A stretch of 64,000 nucleotides of DNA, taken from contig CAWCPV010000004.1 in assembly GCA_963797555.1 (NCBI GenBank), positions 128,001 to 192,000 on the forward strand, given 5' to 3'. The stretch's first letter is position 1. Each line of letters starts with the position of its first letter. The notes below the pieces were generated by a model, which saw only the letters and a list, made by a program, of their open reading frames with translations, was not told the DNA's origin and did no database searches. The DNA comes from an uncultured Gammaproteobacteria bacterium. GTDB lineage: Bacteria > Pseudomonadota > Gammaproteobacteria > CAWCPV01. Positions 21,837 to 34,072 of this stretch are shown here, piece after piece. The translations under genes were made by a program, and so were the position numbers.

Positions 21837-22490
21837 TCATAAAATCGGCATTGGAAACACAGCACGAAGTCGTCGATGTAGCGCACCAGGTAGGCTTCGC
21901 CCCGCAACCGGGACTTGACCACCCGCTCGAACCACAGGTCGAGCACATAATGCAGGTACACGTTGCGAAGCCCCACGCTGATCGACCCCCCTTGCGGTGT
22001 CCCCTCCTCGTTCGGACGGCTTTCCCCGGCTTCCAGGATGCCCGCTTTCAGCCAACGCCGTATCAGGCTCAACAGGCGCGGATCTCCGACTCGATGCTCG
22101 ACGGAAGCGGAGCAGCCATCCGTGGTCCAGACTCCCGAAGAAGTTCTTCAAATCCGCCTCCAGCACCCAGTTCACCTTGCGCCCAGCAACCACCTCTAGT
22201 AGAGGGTGGCCAGAGCGTGGTGAGGGCTCAACCGAGGTCGTCCACCGAAGGAACACGGCAGGAAATCCTGCTCGTAGATGGCGGACAACACCTGGGCGGC
22301 GCTGCGCTGGAGCGCCCGGTCAGCGACACAGGGCACGCCCAGGGGGCGCTTCTCCTGCTTGGCCTCACTTGGGGATATACACCCGCCAGATGGCCGGTGC
22401 ACGATACCCCTGGCGGTGCACGGCCTCGAGCATGGGCTCAATCCAGGCCTCGAAGCTCTCCTTCGCCACCGTCTGGCCATCGCCATGCCG
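21837..22490 (-). pseudogene. Group II intron-type reverse transcriptase remnant
   Basis: Across several frames: RVYIPK, KRPLGVPCVADRALQ, YEQDFLPCSFGGRP, EADLKNFF, GTPQGG, NVYLHYVLD, RYIDDFV; truncated after YIDD. Confidence 0.88.
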
Positions 22491-22938
22491 GCGGTACAAA
22501 CCCCGGAAGCACCCCAGGACACTCGCCAATGCGCGCCCTGGGATTTCGCCTTCCCCATAGAGAGACTGGGTCGGCTGCTTCGACCACGTTCGATTTCGGG
22601 GACCTTACCGTCGAAAAAGGTTGTGTCGATCCGGCCGTCGAGCTTATCGACGTACATCGCGTCGACGCGCTAGACGATCCGCCAACATCAGGACGCCAAC
22701 CAAGCCTACCTGGACGAGGGTATCCCTGGAACTGGCGCAGAGAGCCGGCACTTTGTTTCGGTAACAGTCACCGGCCGAGAAAGCCCACTTCTTGGGTTCG
22801 CACTACCGAACTGTACCTGAAAGAACGGACGACTGACAGCGCAGTACCGCCAACCTTTTGATCTGTTTGCGAAAAACGTGGCCGCTTTCGACAAGAAGGA
22901 GCGGGCTGAGTGGGGCTCAGACCCGCGTTTTTGACACT

Positions 22939-23014
22939 TGGCTCCCCGGGACGGGCTCGAACCGCCGACCTAGTGGTTAACAGCCACCCGCTCTACCGAC
23001 TGAGCTACCGGGGA
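22939..23014 (-). tRNA. tRNA-Asn (GTT)
   Basis: TCCCCGGTAGCTCAGTCGGTAGAGCGGGTGGCTGTTAACCACTAGGTCGGCGGTTCGAGCCCGTCCCGGGGAGCCA; 76 nt, GTT anticodon, encoded CCA. Confidence 0.97.
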
Positions 23015-23174
23015 AAACGCGCTCATGATACTGAGCGGCGTTGTGCACGGTCAATAGGCCGTGGGACGGGCTTCTGTTATCCTAGACGAGTGGGCAAGCA
23101 AGGTTGGGCTGGAGTGCAGCCCGGGTTCCCATGTTGGCGGTTCGCTCGGTAGCTATATATAATTAGCACTCGCA

Positions 23175-23200
23175 AGTGGGCCTCTGGCCCATTTTTTGTT
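23175..23200 (+). terminator. rimP leader attenuator-like hairpin
   Basis: TGGGCC-TCT-GGCCCA followed by TTTTTT directly upstream of rimP; the position known for the NusA-responsive rimP leader. Confidence 0.7.
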
Positions 23201-23210
23201 TCTGAGCGTC

Positions 23211-23684
23211 ATGAATACAGGTATCGGCAGGTCGCCGTTGGTTGGTCGAGTGCAGGCGCTCCTGGAGCGGGTGGTCGAGCGGATGGGTTATGAGTTGGTT
23301 GGTGTCGAGTACGTGCATCAGCACGGTCGGCCGATACTTCGGATATACATCGACAAGGCGGAGGGAGTTACGGTGCATGATTGCCAGATGGTCAGCGAGC
23401 AGGTCGGCGCGTTGCTGGACGTGGAGGATCCACTGCGGCGTGCGTACTACCTCGAGGTTTCGTCTCCGGGGATCGAGCGGCCACTCTTCACGCGCGAGCA
23501 GTTTGCGCGCTTCATTGGTCGGCGTGCCCGGGTCCGGACCAGCCTGGCCATCGAGGGGCGACGCAACTTTGTGGGAGTCATCGCGCGGGTAGACAGCGAG
23601 GTGGTCCTGCTGCTGCCGGACGGGCATCTCGTGGCACTGGCTGTCCCGCAGATCGAGAAGGCCCGTCTTGTTCCTGAGGAGTGA
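23211..23684 (+). CDS. rimP: Ribosome maturation factor RimP
   Basis: LRIYID, DVEDP, YYLEVSSPGIERPL; upstream of nusA. Confidence 0.95.
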   Translation: MNTGIGRSPLVGRVQALLERVVERMGYELVGVEYVHQHGRPILRIYIDKAEGVTVHDCQMVSEQVGALLDVEDPLRRAYYLEVSSPGIERPLFTREQFARFIGRRARVRTSLAIEGRRNFVGVIARVDSEVVLLLPDGHLVALAVPQIEKARLVPEE

Positions 23685-23710
23685 GCATCGGGTCGTTGGA
23701 GGTCGCGTTT

Positions 23711-25225
23711 ATGAACAAGGAGATCTTGCTCGTGGTGGACGCGATGTCCCACGAAAAGGGTGTCGAAAAGGCTGTGATCTTCGAAGCGATCGAGGCCGCT
23801 TTGGCGACCGCCACCAAGAAACGCCACGGGGGCGATATCGATGTGCGGGTGGCGATCAACCGCGAATCAGGTGATTACGAAACATTTCGGCGCTGGGAGG
23901 TGGTACCGGACGAGGATCCGATGGAGGCGGCGGAGAGGCAGATGCGGTTGAGCGATGCCAACGCTATCCGATTGGGGATCGAGGTCGGCGGTTTCATCGA
24001 ACAGCCCCTGCCCTCAGTGGAGTTCGGCCGGATCGCTGCCCAGACGGCCAAACAGGTGATCGTTCAGAAGGTGCGGGAGGCGGAGCGGGCCAAGGTCATA
24101 GAAGCTTATCGCGGCCGGGTCGGTGCGCTGGTCATGGGGATCGTCAAGCGTACGGACCGTAACGGTGTGATGTTGGATCTGGGCGGCAACGTAGAGGCGT
24201 TCCTTCCCCGCGAGCAGCTGATCGGTAAGGAGGCCGTTCGGCCGGGTGACCGCTTGCGCGGCTACCTTTACGAGGTCAGGGAGGATATGCGCGGGCCGCA
24301 GCTCTTCCTGAGCCGCTCGGTGCCCGAGTTCCTGGTGGACCTTTTCAAGCTGGAAGTTCCGGAGGTGGGGGAGGGACTTATCGACATCGTTGCTGCCGCC
24401 CGCGATCCGGGATCACGGGCGAAGATCGCGGTACGGTCCAAGGACGCGCGCATCGACCCGGTGGGAGCGTGTGTGGGCATGCGGGGACTGCGGGTCCAAG
24501 CGGTGTCCAACGAACTGGCGGGAGAGCGCATCGACATCGTGTTGTGGGACGAGAACCCGGCGCAGTTTGCGATCAAGGCCATGGCACCGGCGGAAGTCAA
24601 GTCTATCGTGGTGGACGAGGACAGCCACAGCATGGACATCGCCGTGGCGGCGGAGTACCTCTCGCAAGCGATCGGCCGTGGAGGGCAGAACGTGCGGCTC
24701 GCCAGCCAGCTGACAGGCTGGGAACTGAACGTCATGAGTGAGGAGGAGGCCGAACAGAAGAGCGAGGTCGAGGCGCAAGTGCTTCAAGCGATGTTTATGC
24801 AGCAACTGGATGTGGACGAGGAGGTGGCTTCCATTCTGGTTCAGGAGGGTTTCTCGAGCATCGAGGAAGTCGCGTATGTTCCTGCTCAGGAGATGCTGAG
24901 CATCGACGAGTTCGACGAAACCATCGTGCAGGAGATCCGTAGCAGAGCCCGCGACGTCCTGCTGACCAGAGCAATAGCCAGTGAGGAGCAGTTGGGGCAC
25001 GCCCAGCCTGCGGCGGACCTGCTGGAGCTGGAGGGCATGGACGAGGATCTCGCGCGGCGCCTGGCGGAACAGGGCGTAGTCACGCGCGAGGATCTCGCAG
25101 AACAAGCGGTAGACGATGTCAAGGACATCGACGGAATGGGTGAGCAGCGCGCGGCGCAACTTATCATGAAGGCGCGAGAGGTGTGGTTTACCGACGCGCA
25201 AGAGGCGACCGACGGACAACAGTGA
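23711..25225 (+). CDS. nusA: Transcription termination/antitermination factor NusA
   Basis: FGRIAAQTAKQVI, ARDPGSRAKIAV, AIGRGGQNVRLASQLTGW; acidic C-terminal repeats. Confidence 0.97.
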   Translation: MNKEILLVVDAMSHEKGVEKAVIFEAIEAALATATKKRHGGDIDVRVAINRESGDYETFRRWEVVPDEDPMEAAERQMRLSDANAIRLGIEVGGFIEQPLPSVEFGRIAAQTAKQVIVQKVREAERAKVIEAYRGRVGALVMGIVKRTDRNGVMLDLGGNVEAFLPREQLIGKEAVRPGDRLRGYLYEVREDMRGPQLFLSRSVPEFLVDLFKLEVPEVGEGLIDIVAAARDPGSRAKIAVRSKDARIDPVGACVGMRGLRVQAVSNELAGERIDIVLWDENPAQFAIKAMAPAEVKSIVVDEDSHSMDIAVAAEYLSQAIGRGGQNVRLASQLTGWELNVMSEEEAEQKSEVEAQVLQAMFMQQLDVDEEVASILVQEGFSSIEEVAYVPAQEMLSIDEFDETIVQEIRSRARDVLLTRAIASEEQLGHAQPAADLLELEGMDEDLARRLAEQGVVTREDLAEQAVDDVKDIDGMGEQRAAQLIMKAREVWFTDAQEATDGQQ

Positions 25226-25256
25226 TTGTCGGAGGCCGTAGCGGAGGACGTTGCAA

Positions 25257-27803
25257 ATGGCAGAGCTCACGGTAAAAGAGTTTGCGAGCGTGGTCGGGGT
25301 CCCGGTCGAACGGCTGTTGTTACAGCTAGACGCAGCGGGCCTGCCCATCAAGAACGCCGAGGAGACCATCAGCGACAGGGAGAAGTTGCAACTGCTGAGC
25401 TACCTGCGCCAAGCCCATGGTGGGGAAGAGCCTCCCGTCGCGACGGAGCCGAAGCGAGTCACGCTGCGCCGCAAGACGGTGAGCGAGATCAAGGTGCCGG
25501 GCGGCCCCGGCAGGGCCAAGACAGTCAGTGTGGAGGTGCGTCGCCGCCGCACGTATGTCAAGCGCAGCGCGGTGCCGGGCAAGGAAGCCCTGGAAGAGGA
25601 CATGCATGGGGAGGAGATCAAACGCGCCGAGGCTGAAGAGCGTGCCCGCGAAGAGGAACGAGTACGCATGGAGGAGGCCGGGCGCCAGCGGCAGCTCGAA
25701 GAGCAGCGTCAGGCGGAGGAGGAAGAGGCACGCCGCAAGGCCGAGGAAGAGTCACGTCACAAGGCCGAGGAAGCCGTCAAGCTGCGCGAGCAGGTACAGG
25801 CCGGAGAGCAGCGTAAGGCCAAGACGGAAGAGAGGCCAGCGTCCGAAGCGCCCCCCAAGGCCGCAGAGAAGAAAGGGCGGAAACGGCTGACTCGAGAGGA
25901 GCGTGGCGGAGACCGGGAAGCCAAGGTCGGGCGGGAAGAGTTGCATGTAGCGCCGGACAAGACCGGCCGGCGCAGGAAGCCGAAGACCGCTGCGCGCCAG
26001 CCTGCGCTGCCAGCGACCCAGCACGGCTTCGTGAAGCCCAGTGCACCGGTGGTGCGCGACGTCGTTCTTCCTGAAACCATGACGGTGGCGGAGTTGGCTC
26101 AAAAAATGGCGGTCAAGGCCGCAGAGGTGATCAAAGTGATGATGGGGCTCGGCGTCATGGCCACCATCAACCAAGTCATCGACCAAGAGACGGCAGCCGT
26201 CGTCGTGGAGGAGATGGGGCATGTGCCCAAGCTCCTGCGCGAGAACGCCCTGGAAGAGAGCCTGGCTCTGGTCGAGGAGACCGAGGGGACAAGCAAGCCG
26301 CGGCCTCCGGTGGTGACCGTCATGGGCCACGTGGACCACGGCAAGACCTCGCTGCTCGACCACATCCGTCGGACACGCGTGGCCGCGGGCGAGGCCGGTG
26401 GCATCACGCAGCATATCGGTGCCTACCACGTGGAGACCCGCAAGGGCACGGTGACGTTCCTGGATACCCCGGGTCACGAGGCCTTTACCGCGATGCGTGC
26501 ACGGGGGGCCAGGGCGACGGACATCGTGGTGCTGGTGGTGGCGGCAGATGACGGCGTAAAGCCCCAGACCGTAGAGGCCATCCAGCATGCCAGGGCGGCA
26601 CGGGTGCCGCTGGTCGTGGCGGTCAACAAGATCGATAAGCCTGGTGCGGACCCGGACCGTGTACGGCAGGAACTGTCGGGCCAGGGAGTGATCCCGGAGG
26701 CATGGGGCGGAGACGCTATGTTCGTTAATGTTTCCGCGAAGACGGGCGAAGGTATCGACGAGTTGCTTGACTCTATCGTTACCCAGGCCGAGGTGCTGGA
26801 ACTGACCGCGGTGGAGGACGTCCCGGCGCGCGGAGTCGTTCTCGAATCGACCCTGGACAAGGGACGCGGTCCGGTGGCCACGGTGCTGGTCCAACACGGT
26901 ATCCTGCGGCGCGGTGAAGTGCTGCTTGCGGGTCAGGAATATGGCCGCGTGCGCGCGCTGCTGGACGAGAACGGCAAAAATGTCGAGGAGGCGAGAGCGT
27001 CCACGCCCGTGGTGGTGTTGGGGCTCTCCGGTACACCGGCGGCGGGGGACGAGACCATGGTCGTGCCCGACGAACGCAAGGCTCGGGAGGTGGCCCTCTT
27101 CCGCCAGGGCAAATACCGCGAGGTCAAGCTGGCGAGGCAGGCAAAGCCCAAGCTGGAGGATGTGTTCTCCAGGATGCAGGAAGGTGAGACCCGTGCCCTT
27201 AACATCGTTCTAAAGGCGGACGTGCAGGGCTCGGTCGAGGCACTGAGCAGCGCACTCACACAGCTTTCCAGCGCAGAGGTGCACGTGCACATCGTGGGTT
27301 CCGGGGTCGGCGGCATCACCGAGTCCGATGTCAATTTGGCCGCTGCTTCCAACGCCATCCTGATCGGCTTCAACGTGCGCGGCAATTCCGGTGCCCGCAG
27401 GCTCATCACAGAACAAGGTGTAGACGTGCATTACTACAGCGTGATCTACGACGTCATCGACGAGGTCAAGCGCGCCATCAATGGCATGCTGGCGCCGGAA
27501 ATCAAGGAGGAGATCATCGGACTGGCGGAGGTGCGCGACGTGTTCCGGTCGCCGAGATTCGGCACCGTCGGCGGGTGTCTGGTGCTGGAGGGGGTGGTAC
27601 GGCGCAATCGCCCGATCCGCGTACTGCGCGACAATGTCGTCCTCTTGGAAGGTGAGCTGGATTCGCTGCGTCGCTTCAAGGAGGACGTGGCGGAGGTACG
27701 GGCCGGTACGGAGTGCGGCATAGGCATCAAGAACTTCAGTGACATCCGGGCAGGAGACCAAGTCGAGGTGTTCGAGCGCGTCGAAGTGGCGCGGGCGGTT
27801 TAG
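25257..27803 (+). CDS. infB: Translation initiation factor IF-2
   Basis: [38 protein letters not shown]. Confidence 0.97.
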   Translation: MAELTVKEFASVVGVPVERLLLQLDAAGLPIKNAEETISDREKLQLLSYLRQAHGGEEPPVATEPKRVTLRRKTVSEIKVPGGPGRAKTVSVEVRRRRTYVKRSAVPGKEALEEDMHGEEIKRAEAEERAREEERVRMEEAGRQRQLEEQRQAEEEEARRKAEEESRHKAEEAVKLREQVQAGEQRKAKTEERPASEAPPKAAEKKGRKRLTREERGGDREAKVGREELHVAPDKTGRRRKPKTAARQPALPATQHGFVKPSAPVVRDVVLPETMTVAELAQKMAVKAAEVIKVMMGLGVMATINQVIDQETAAVVVEEMGHVPKLLRENALEESLALVEETEGTSKPRPPVVTVMGHVDHGKTSLLDHIRRTRVAAGEAGGITQHIGAYHVETRKGTVTFLDTPGHEAFTAMRARGARATDIVVLVVAADDGVKPQTVEAIQHARAARVPLVVAVNKIDKPGADPDRVRQELSGQGVIPEAWGGDAMFVNVSAKTGEGIDELLDSIVTQAEVLELTAVEDVPARGVVLESTLDKGRGPVATVLVQHGILRRGEVLLAGQEYGRVRALLDENGKNVEEARASTPVVVLGLSGTPAAGDETMVVPDERKAREVALFRQGKYREVKLARQAKPKLEDVFSRMQEGETRALNIVLKADVQGSVEALSSALTQLSSAEVHVHIVGSGVGGITESDVNLAAASNAILIGFNVRGNSGARRLITEQGVDVHYYSVIYDVIDEVKRAINGMLAPEIKEEIIGLAEVRDVFRSPRFGTVGGCLVLEGVVRRNRPIRVLRDNVVLLEGELDSLRRFKEDVAEVRAGTECGIGIKNFSDIRAGDQVEVFERVEVARAV

Positions 27804-27805
27804 CG

Positions 27806-28186
27806 ATGCCACGCGAGTTCCAGCGCACCGAACGTGTCGGCGACCTCCTGCAGCGCGAGCTGGCGGTGCTTCTTGAGACAGAGGTTCGGGACCGAGGGCT
27901 GGGTTTGGTGACGGTGTCGGGAGCGGAGGTGTCGCGGGACTTGGCGCATGCCAGAGTCTATGTCTCCGTGCTCAACAGTCCGCGCGACATCGCGTCGGTC
28001 ATCAAGATGCTTAACGAGGCGGCAGGACATTTGCGGCACCGGCTCTCCCAACGCCTTCGTCTTCGGTCTGTGCCGCGCCTGCGATTCGTGTATGACGCCT
28101 CCATCGCCCAGGGCGCCAAGCTGTCGGAACTCATTGACGCTGCAGTCGCCGCGGACGAGAGCAAGCACAAGGAGACTCATGGGTAA
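27806..28186 (+). CDS. rbfA: Ribosome-binding factor A
   Basis: [34 protein letters not shown]; synteny. Confidence 0.95.
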   Translation: MPREFQRTERVGDLLQRELAVLLETEVRDRGLGLVTVSGAEVSRDLAHARVYVSVLNSPRDIASVIKMLNEAAGHLRHRLSQRLRLRSVPRLRFVYDASIAQGAKLSELIDAAVAADESKHKETHG

Positions 28187-29115
28187 GCGTCCGACCAGAG
28201 GCCGCGACGTGCAGGGCATCCTGCTACTGGATAAGCCTCCCGGAATCAGCTCCAATGCTTCCTTGCAGGAGGTCAAGCGACTGTATCGCGCACGCAAGGC
28301 GGGGCATACCGGCAGCCTGGACCGCATCGCCACCGGGATGCTTCCCGTCTGCCTTGGGGAGGCGACGAAGCTCTCGGGCTTCTTGCTGCACGCGGACAAG
28401 CGCTACCGGGCGGTGTTCAAGCTCGGGGTGCGGACCACAACCGGGGATAGTGAGGGACGGGTGGTGGAGACAAGGCCCGTCTCGGTCCTAGGCGAACGGG
28501 CCGTGCTGGAGGTGCTCGGTCGATTCATCGGCAGCATCGAGCAGGTCCCGCCTATGTTTTCGGCCGTCAAACACCAGGGCCAGCGGCTCTACCGTCTCGC
28601 CCACCAGGGGGTGACCGTGGAGCGGGAGGCGCGCGTGGTTAACGTTCACGAGCTCAATCTCCTGCGCCTGCAGGGCGACGAGATGGAGGTAGAGGTTGCT
28701 TGCTCCAAGGGAACGTACGTGCGCACTCTGGCGGAGGACATCGGCGAAGCGCTGGCTACGGGAGTCTCACGTGAGCAGTCTGCGTCGCCTGGGGGTCGGA
28801 CCCTTCCAAGAGCAACAGATGATAACATTGGAAACCTTGGGCGAGGTTGCCGTACGGGGCCTGGAGGCACTGGATGCCGTGCTGTTGCCGTCCGATGCGG
28901 CGGTGCTGCAGTGGCCCGCGGTTAAGCTGTCCGGAGATGTGAGCTACTACCTTAGGCTCGGACAACCAGTTATGGTACCGCACGCGCCGACCGACGGTTG
29001 GGTTCGGCTCTATGGCAATGGCGCTTTTCTGGGGGTGGGGGAGGTTTTGGATGACGGGCGTATCGCGCCGCGCCGACTGGTGGATGTCGCGCCCCACACC
29101 ACCAGCTTTCCATAG
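28179..29115 (+). pseudogene. truB: tRNA pseudouridine(55) synthase TruB, frameshift at ~28760
   Basis: [26 protein letters not shown] in one frame; HVSSLRR and PUA-like tail in another. Confidence 0.88.
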
Positions 29116-29174
29116 GCTGGCATTTACAATAGAATGCCTTAGTTTGGGCGGAAGGTTTGCGCGAGGAATCATGC

Positions 29175-29444
29175 ATGTCCATGAGCACGGAGCGGAAACG
29201 CACGATCATCGAGGAGTACCAACGCGTCAGCGGTGATACCGGCTCCCCCGAGGTTCAGGTCGCTTTGCTGTCAGAGCGCATCCAGCATCTCACCGGTCAC
29301 TTCAAGGTGCACGCCCACGACCACCATTCCCGCCGAGGCCTCATGAAGATGGTGGCCCAACGCAGAAAGCTTCTGGATTATCTGAAGGCGCGTGACGCCG
29401 ATCGATATAAGGAGCTTATCGCGCGGCTTGGCTTGCGTAAGTAA
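29175..29444 (+). CDS. rpsO: 30S ribosomal protein S15
   Basis: [25 protein letters not shown]. Confidence 0.97.
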   Translation: MSMSTERKRTIIEEYQRVSGDTGSPEVQVALLSERIQHLTGHFKVHAHDHHSRRGLMKMVAQRRKLLDYLKARDADRYKELIARLGLRK

Positions 29445-29459
29445 ATCGAAGGTACGCCT

Positions 29460-31565
29460 GTGGCTCCCGTCCAGAAGACTTTCCAATATGGCCCCTATAC
29501 CGTCAGGCTAGAGACCGGAAACATTGCCCGCCAGGCGAGCGGTGCGGTGATTTCGAGTATGGGCGACACCGTGGTCCTGGTGACCGTGGTGGGTCTCAAA
29601 CAGGCGGTCGAAGGGCGCGATTTCTTTCCGCTCACGGTCAACTACCAGGAGCGTACCTATGCCGCAGGGCGCATTCCCGGGGGGTTCTTTCGTCGGGAGG
29701 GGCGCCCCAGCGAGAAGGAGGTGTTGACCTCGCGGCTCATCGACCGGCCGTTGCGACCGTTATTCCCCAAGGATTTCAAGCGCGAGGTCCAGATCATCGC
29801 GACGGTGCTGTCGGTGGACGATGACATCGACCCGGATATCCCGGCCATGATCGGGGCGTCCGCCGCACTGGCGGTGTCAGGGATTCCGTTCAGGGGGCCG
29901 CTGGGTGCCGCCCGAGTTGGCTACCTCGACGGCGAGTACTTGCTGAACCCGGGCTTCAGCCAGCTCAAGCGCTCCGTCCTGGACTTGGTCGTGGCCGGGA
30001 CCGATGATGCCGTGCTGATGGTGGAGTCAGAGGCCAAGGAGCTGTCCGAGGAGGTGATGCTCGGGGCTGTCATGTTTGGGCACCACCAGATGCAGGCGGT
30101 GATCCAGGCCATCCGGGAATTAGCGATGGAGGTCGGGCCGGCGCCGTGGGGGTGGCAGCCTCCGCCTGGGGATGACGCTCTTCGTGCGGTCGTTGCGCAA
30201 GCGGCGCAGGCGGACATCGACGAAGCCTACCGGTTGCGTGATAAACAGCCACGGCTGCAACGGCTGGCCGAGATTCGGGCCGCAGTGGTGGCGCGGCTGA
30301 GTTCGGAGGAGGGGGGTGGCTGGGCGCCCGACGGAGTTTTGCATGCCGTAGAGAGCTTGGAGAAGAAGGTGGTGCGCGACCGTATCCTCAACGGCGAGCC
30401 GCGCATCGATGGGCGCGATACGCGCGCCGTGCGTCCGATCGCGGTGCGCACCGGGGTGCTGCCTCGGACTCATGGCTCGGCGCTGTTCACGCGCGGCGAG
30501 ACGCAGGCGCTGGTGGTGACGACGTTGGGCACAGAGCGCGAGGCTCAGACCATCGACGCGCTGGAGGGGGAGCGTCGGGAACCATTCATGCTCCACTACA
30601 ACTTCCCTCCCTACAGCGTCGGGGAGACCGGCTTGGTCGGCTCGCCCAAGCGTCGGGAGATCGGCCATGGACGGCTGGCAAAACGCGCCTTGCTGGCGGT
30701 CATGCCGGGGCTTGATAACTTTCCGTACGTGATCCGGGTGGTTTCCGAAATCACCGAGTCCAACGGATCGAGCTCGATGGCCACGGTCTGCGGGGCCAGC
30801 CTGTCCCTCATGGATGCCGGCGTGCCTATCAGCGCACCCGTGGCGGGCGTTGCGATGGGCCTCATCAAGGAGCAAGAACGTTTTGCTGTCCTGACCGACA
30901 TCTTGGGGGACGAGGACCATCTGGGAGACATGGATTTCAAGGTGGCCGGCACCGTCCACGGGGTGACCGCGCTGCAGATGGACATCAAGATCACCGGCAT
31001 CACCCGCGAGATCATGCAGGCCGCACTGGGGCAGGCTCGGCAGGGGCGGCTGCACATCCTGGAGGCCATGAACCGGGTGATCGCGGCGCCGCGCAAGGAC
31101 ATGTCCGTCTATGCGCCGCGCATCGTGACTTTCAAGATTCCGCCGGACAAGATCCGAGATGTGATCGGGAAGGGCGGGGTGACCATCCGCGCTATCACCG
31201 AGGAAACGGGCACCAGTATCGACATCGCCGACGACGGGACTGTGAAGATCGCCTCGGTGGACAGGGCGGCAGGCGAGGAGGCGCGTCGGCGCGTCGAGGA
31301 GATCACCGCGGAGGTGGAAGTGGGCAAGATTTACCAGGGACGCGTAGCCAAGCTCATGGACTTCGGCGCCTTCGTGACCATTCTGCCCGGGAAGGACGGT
31401 CTCGTGCATATCTCCCAGATCTCCGAGGAACGCGTCCAGAACGTCAGTGACAAGCTGACGGAGGGCGATATGGTCCGCGTCAAGGTCCTGGAGATCGACA
31501 AGCAGGGGCGCATCCGCCTCAGCATCAAAGCGGTCGGTCAGGAGGGCGGGCAGGAGCAGGGATAG
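29460..31565 (+). CDS. pnp: Polyribonucleotide nucleotidyltransferase
   Basis: [37 protein letters not shown]; KH and S1 domains. Confidence 0.97.
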   Translation: MAPVQKTFQYGPYTVRLETGNIARQASGAVISSMGDTVVLVTVVGLKQAVEGRDFFPLTVNYQERTYAAGRIPGGFFRREGRPSEKEVLTSRLIDRPLRPLFPKDFKREVQIIATVLSVDDDIDPDIPAMIGASAALAVSGIPFRGPLGAARVGYLDGEYLLNPGFSQLKRSVLDLVVAGTDDAVLMVESEAKELSEEVMLGAVMFGHHQMQAVIQAIRELAMEVGPAPWGWQPPPGDDALRAVVAQAAQADIDEAYRLRDKQPRLQRLAEIRAAVVARLSSEEGGGWAPDGVLHAVESLEKKVVRDRILNGEPRIDGRDTRAVRPIAVRTGVLPRTHGSALFTRGETQALVVTTLGTEREAQTIDALEGERREPFMLHYNFPPYSVGETGLVGSPKRREIGHGRLAKRALLAVMPGLDNFPYVIRVVSEITESNGSSSMATVCGASLSLMDAGVPISAPVAGVAMGLIKEQERFAVLTDILGDEDHLGDMDFKVAGTVHGVTALQMDIKITGITREIMQAALGQARQGRLHILEAMNRVIAAPRKDMSVYAPRIVTFKIPPDKIRDVIGKGGVTIRAITEETGTSIDIADDGTVKIASVDRAAGEEARRRVEEITAEVEVGKIYQGRVAKLMDFGAFVTILPGKDGLVHISQISEERVQNVSDKLTEGDMVRVKVLEIDKQGRIRLSIKAVGQEGGQEQG

Positions 31566-31569
31566 CGGC

Positions 31570-32052
31570 GTGCCCTCCTTCAACGTCGTCTCGGAGGTCG
31601 ACAGCCACGAGCTGCGCAACGCGGTGGACCAAGCCAACCGCGAGGTCGAGCAGCGTTTCGACTTCAAAGGATCCGCGGCGCGCATCGACCAGGAAGGCTT
31701 GGTGCTGACCCTGCATGCTGCGACGGAGTTCCAACTCAAGCAGATGGCGGACGTGTTCCACGCCAAGCTGGCGCGGCGTGGCGTGGACCTGGACTGCTTG
31801 GCCCCCGATGCGCCCGAGATAAGTGGCCAGCGCGCGCGCCAGCGCGTCACCGTTCGCCAGGGGATAGATGCCGAGCTGGGACGAAGGATCGTCAAGCTCG
31901 TCAAGGAGACCAAGCTCAAGGTCCAGGCCGGTATCCAGGGCGATCAGGTGCGTGTGAGCGGGAAGAAACGCGACGACCTGCAGGCTGTCGTCGCGATGCT
32001 GCGAGGCGCCGAGTTGGGTATCCCGCTCCAGTTTATCAATTTCCGCGATTAG
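31570..32052 (+). CDS. yajQ: YajQ family nucleotide/c-di-GMP-binding protein
   Basis: MPSFNVVSEVD, RFDFKGS, VRVSGKKRDDLQ, LQFINFRD. Confidence 0.95.
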   Translation: MPSFNVVSEVDSHELRNAVDQANREVEQRFDFKGSAARIDQEGLVLTLHAATEFQLKQMADVFHAKLARRGVDLDCLAPDAPEISGQRARQRVTVRQGIDAELGRRIVKLVKETKLKVQAGIQGDQVRVSGKKRDDLQAVVAMLRGAELGIPLQFINFRD

Positions 32053-32132
32053 TCCGATTAGTCCCGTACCCCAGACGAGAGAAGGGCGCCCGTTGCGTTC
32101 GGTTTCTCGTCGTTCTCGAGGAGGAGGATGCC

Positions 32133-32864
32133 ATGATGGCAAAGTCGTTCCTGTTGCTGCTCTCGCTCGGACTCACGCTTCCGGGGGCCTACGCTGCCGA
32201 CGATGTGGGGCGGATCAAGGCCGCGCTGCAGCGTCTGGTTCCCCACGGGGAGCCGGACAGCATTACCCCCTCGCCCATTCCCGGCCTCTACCAAGTCGTG
32301 TATGGAACCACCCTGGTGTATGTCACCGGCGATGGGCACTACCTTCTGCAGGGAGACTTGGTAGACTTGCAGCAGCGCAAGAACCTGACCGAGCACGCGC
32401 GCGCCGCGACACGGCTGGCCGCGCTCAAGGATCTGGATCAGCGCAATCTGATCGTGTTCGCGCCGGAGCACCCCAAGCACACCGTCACGGTCTTTACGGA
32501 CGTCGACTGTACGTACTGCCGCAAATTCCACAGCGAGATCGCCGAGTACAACAAGCTGGGCATCGCGGTCCGCTATGCCGCGTTCCCCCGCACCGGGATC
32601 GGTTCACCTTCCTACGACAAGGCCGTTTCGGTGTGGTGTGCGACAGACCGTAAGGCAGCCATCACCGAAGCCAAGGCAGGCAAAGAGGTGGAGCAGAGGA
32701 CCTGCGACAACCCGGTCAAGGACGAGTATCTGTTGGGTCAGCGTCTCGGGGTGAGCGGCACGCCCACCATCATTCTCGAAGATGGGAGCGAGCTGCCGGG
32801 GTATGTTCCGCCGTTGCGGCTGAGTCAGCTGCTCGACCGCGCGGAGGCGCAGCCGCACCCATAA
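32133..32864 (+). CDS. dsbC: Thiol:disulfide interchange protein DsbC
   Basis: Signal peptide, VFTDVDCTYCRKFH, GVSGTP. Confidence 0.92.
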   Translation: MMAKSFLLLLSLGLTLPGAYAADDVGRIKAALQRLVPHGEPDSITPSPIPGLYQVVYGTTLVYVTGDGHYLLQGDLVDLQQRKNLTEHARAATRLAALKDLDQRNLIVFAPEHPKHTVTVFTDVDCTYCRKFHSEIAEYNKLGIAVRYAAFPRTGIGSPSYDKAVSVWCATDRKAAITEAKAGKEVEQRTCDNPVKDEYLLGQRLGVSGTPTIILEDGSELPGYVPPLRLSQLLDRAEAQPHP

Positions 32865-32962
32865 CTCGATCTGCCCCGGGCGGCGGGGCAACCTCCGTTG
32901 GCACTGTGGGCGGACAGGTGTATGCTTGGGACCGTCCTCTGGATGACGCGAGCAAGGTGCCG

Positions 32963-34072
32963 ATGAGTCAAGCCGCGTGGCTGCCCCGCATCCGATTCCA
33001 AGCCCTGCTGGACGTGCTGCGCGCTGCGGGATATCGCTGCATCGGTCCGCAGGTCCGCGACGATACCATCGTCTATGATGCTCTGGACACTGTCCAGCAG
33101 CTTCCCACGGGTGTGCGGGACGCGCAGCGCCCCGGTGCGTACCGCCTGGAGGCGGCCGCGACTTCCCGCTCCTTCGCGTGGGCGAATGGCCCCCAGGCGC
33201 TCAAGCCACTGACCTTCGCTGGCCGTGAGGGGTTGTGGCGCGCGCAGCGTTCCGACGGGGTGGCGGTGCACTTCCAGGCGGTGGAGCCGCAGGTGGAGCG
33301 GCTGGCCGTCATCGGAGTCCGCGCCTGCGACCTGGCGGCTCTCGCGATCCAGGAAATGCACTTCCTTCGGGGAGCATTTCCCGATCCTTACTTCAAGGCG
33401 CGACGCGAACGCCTGTTCCTGGTGGCGGTGGACTGCACGCATCCCGCGCAGACGTGCTTTTGCGCCTCCACCGGCGACGGTCCACGGGCCGAGCGCGGCT
33501 TCGATCTGGCGCTCGGTGAGCTGGACGACGGGTTCATCGTCCGCGCCGGGAGCGACGAGGGAGAGCGCGTCCTGGGCGAGCTACCGGTGGAGGAGACCTC
33601 GGAACCCCAGTGCCAGGCTGCAGACGCTGCCGTCCAGGAGGCGGCCCGCATGCAGGTGCGCGGCCTTCCGTCGCGCAACCTCCGGGACCTCCTGTTCGCA
33701 AACCTCGATCACCCGCGCTGGAATGACGTGGCCGGCAGGTGCCTGTCCTGCGGCAACTGCACCTCCGTGTGTCCCACCTGCTTCTGCCACAGCGAAGCCG
33801 AGCAGCCCAGTCTGGACGGTCGGCACACCGAGCACTACCGCCAGTGGGACTCCTGTTTCACGTCGGGCCACAGCTACTTCTCCGGGGTCGTGGTGCGGTC
33901 GGATACGCGGCTGCGCTACCGTCAGTGGCTCACCCACAAGCTCGGGAGCTGGCACGACCAGTACGGCCGCAGCGGCTGTGTCGGCTGCGGTCGGTGCATT
34001 ACCTGGTGTCCGGTGGGTATCGACATCACCCGGGAGGCGGCGGCGATCTATGCCGGGGGCGCCGATGGCTAA
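32963..34072 (+). CDS. hydB: Group 3b [NiFe] hydrogenase beta subunit (4Fe-4S dicluster, AsrA-like)
   Basis: [39 protein letters not shown]. Confidence 0.88.
   Translation: MSQAAWLPRIRFQALLDVLRAAGYRCIGPQVRDDTIVYDALDTVQQLPTGVRDAQRPGAYRLEAAATSRSFAWANGPQALKPLTFAGREGLWRAQRSDGVAVHFQAVEPQVERLAVIGVRACDLAALAIQEMHFLRGAFPDPYFKARRERLFLVAVDCTHPAQTCFCASTGDGPRAERGFDLALGELDDGFIVRAGSDEGERVLGELPVEETSEPQCQAADAAVQEAARMQVRGLPSRNLRDLLFANLDHPRWNDVAGRCLSCGNCTSVCPTCFCHSEAEQPSLDGRHTEHYRQWDSCFTSGHSYFSGVVVRSDTRLRYRQWLTHKLGSWHDQYGRSGCVGCGRCITWCPVGIDITREAAAIYAGGADG

Noticed and set aside
21837-22490. Reverse transcriptase as a retron, DGR or defence RT system
   Set aside because: The motifs are group II intron-type, the gene is broken and truncated, and no msr/msd, TR/VR pair or partner gene is visible.
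22939-23014. tRNA-Asn as the attachment site of an intact integrative element
   Set aside because: No integrase and no duplicated tRNA 3' end found in the window.
29116-29170. rpsO (S15) autoregulatory leader
   Set aside because: Only a short GGCATT/AATGCC inverted repeat around a TACAAT is visible; the known pseudoknot could not be confirmed by eye.
30120-31919. Long antisense ORFs (this 599-aa frame and similar ones opposite icd, ISL3, infB and zapD)
   Set aside because: Shadow frames expected in GC-rich coding DNA opposite well-supported genes.
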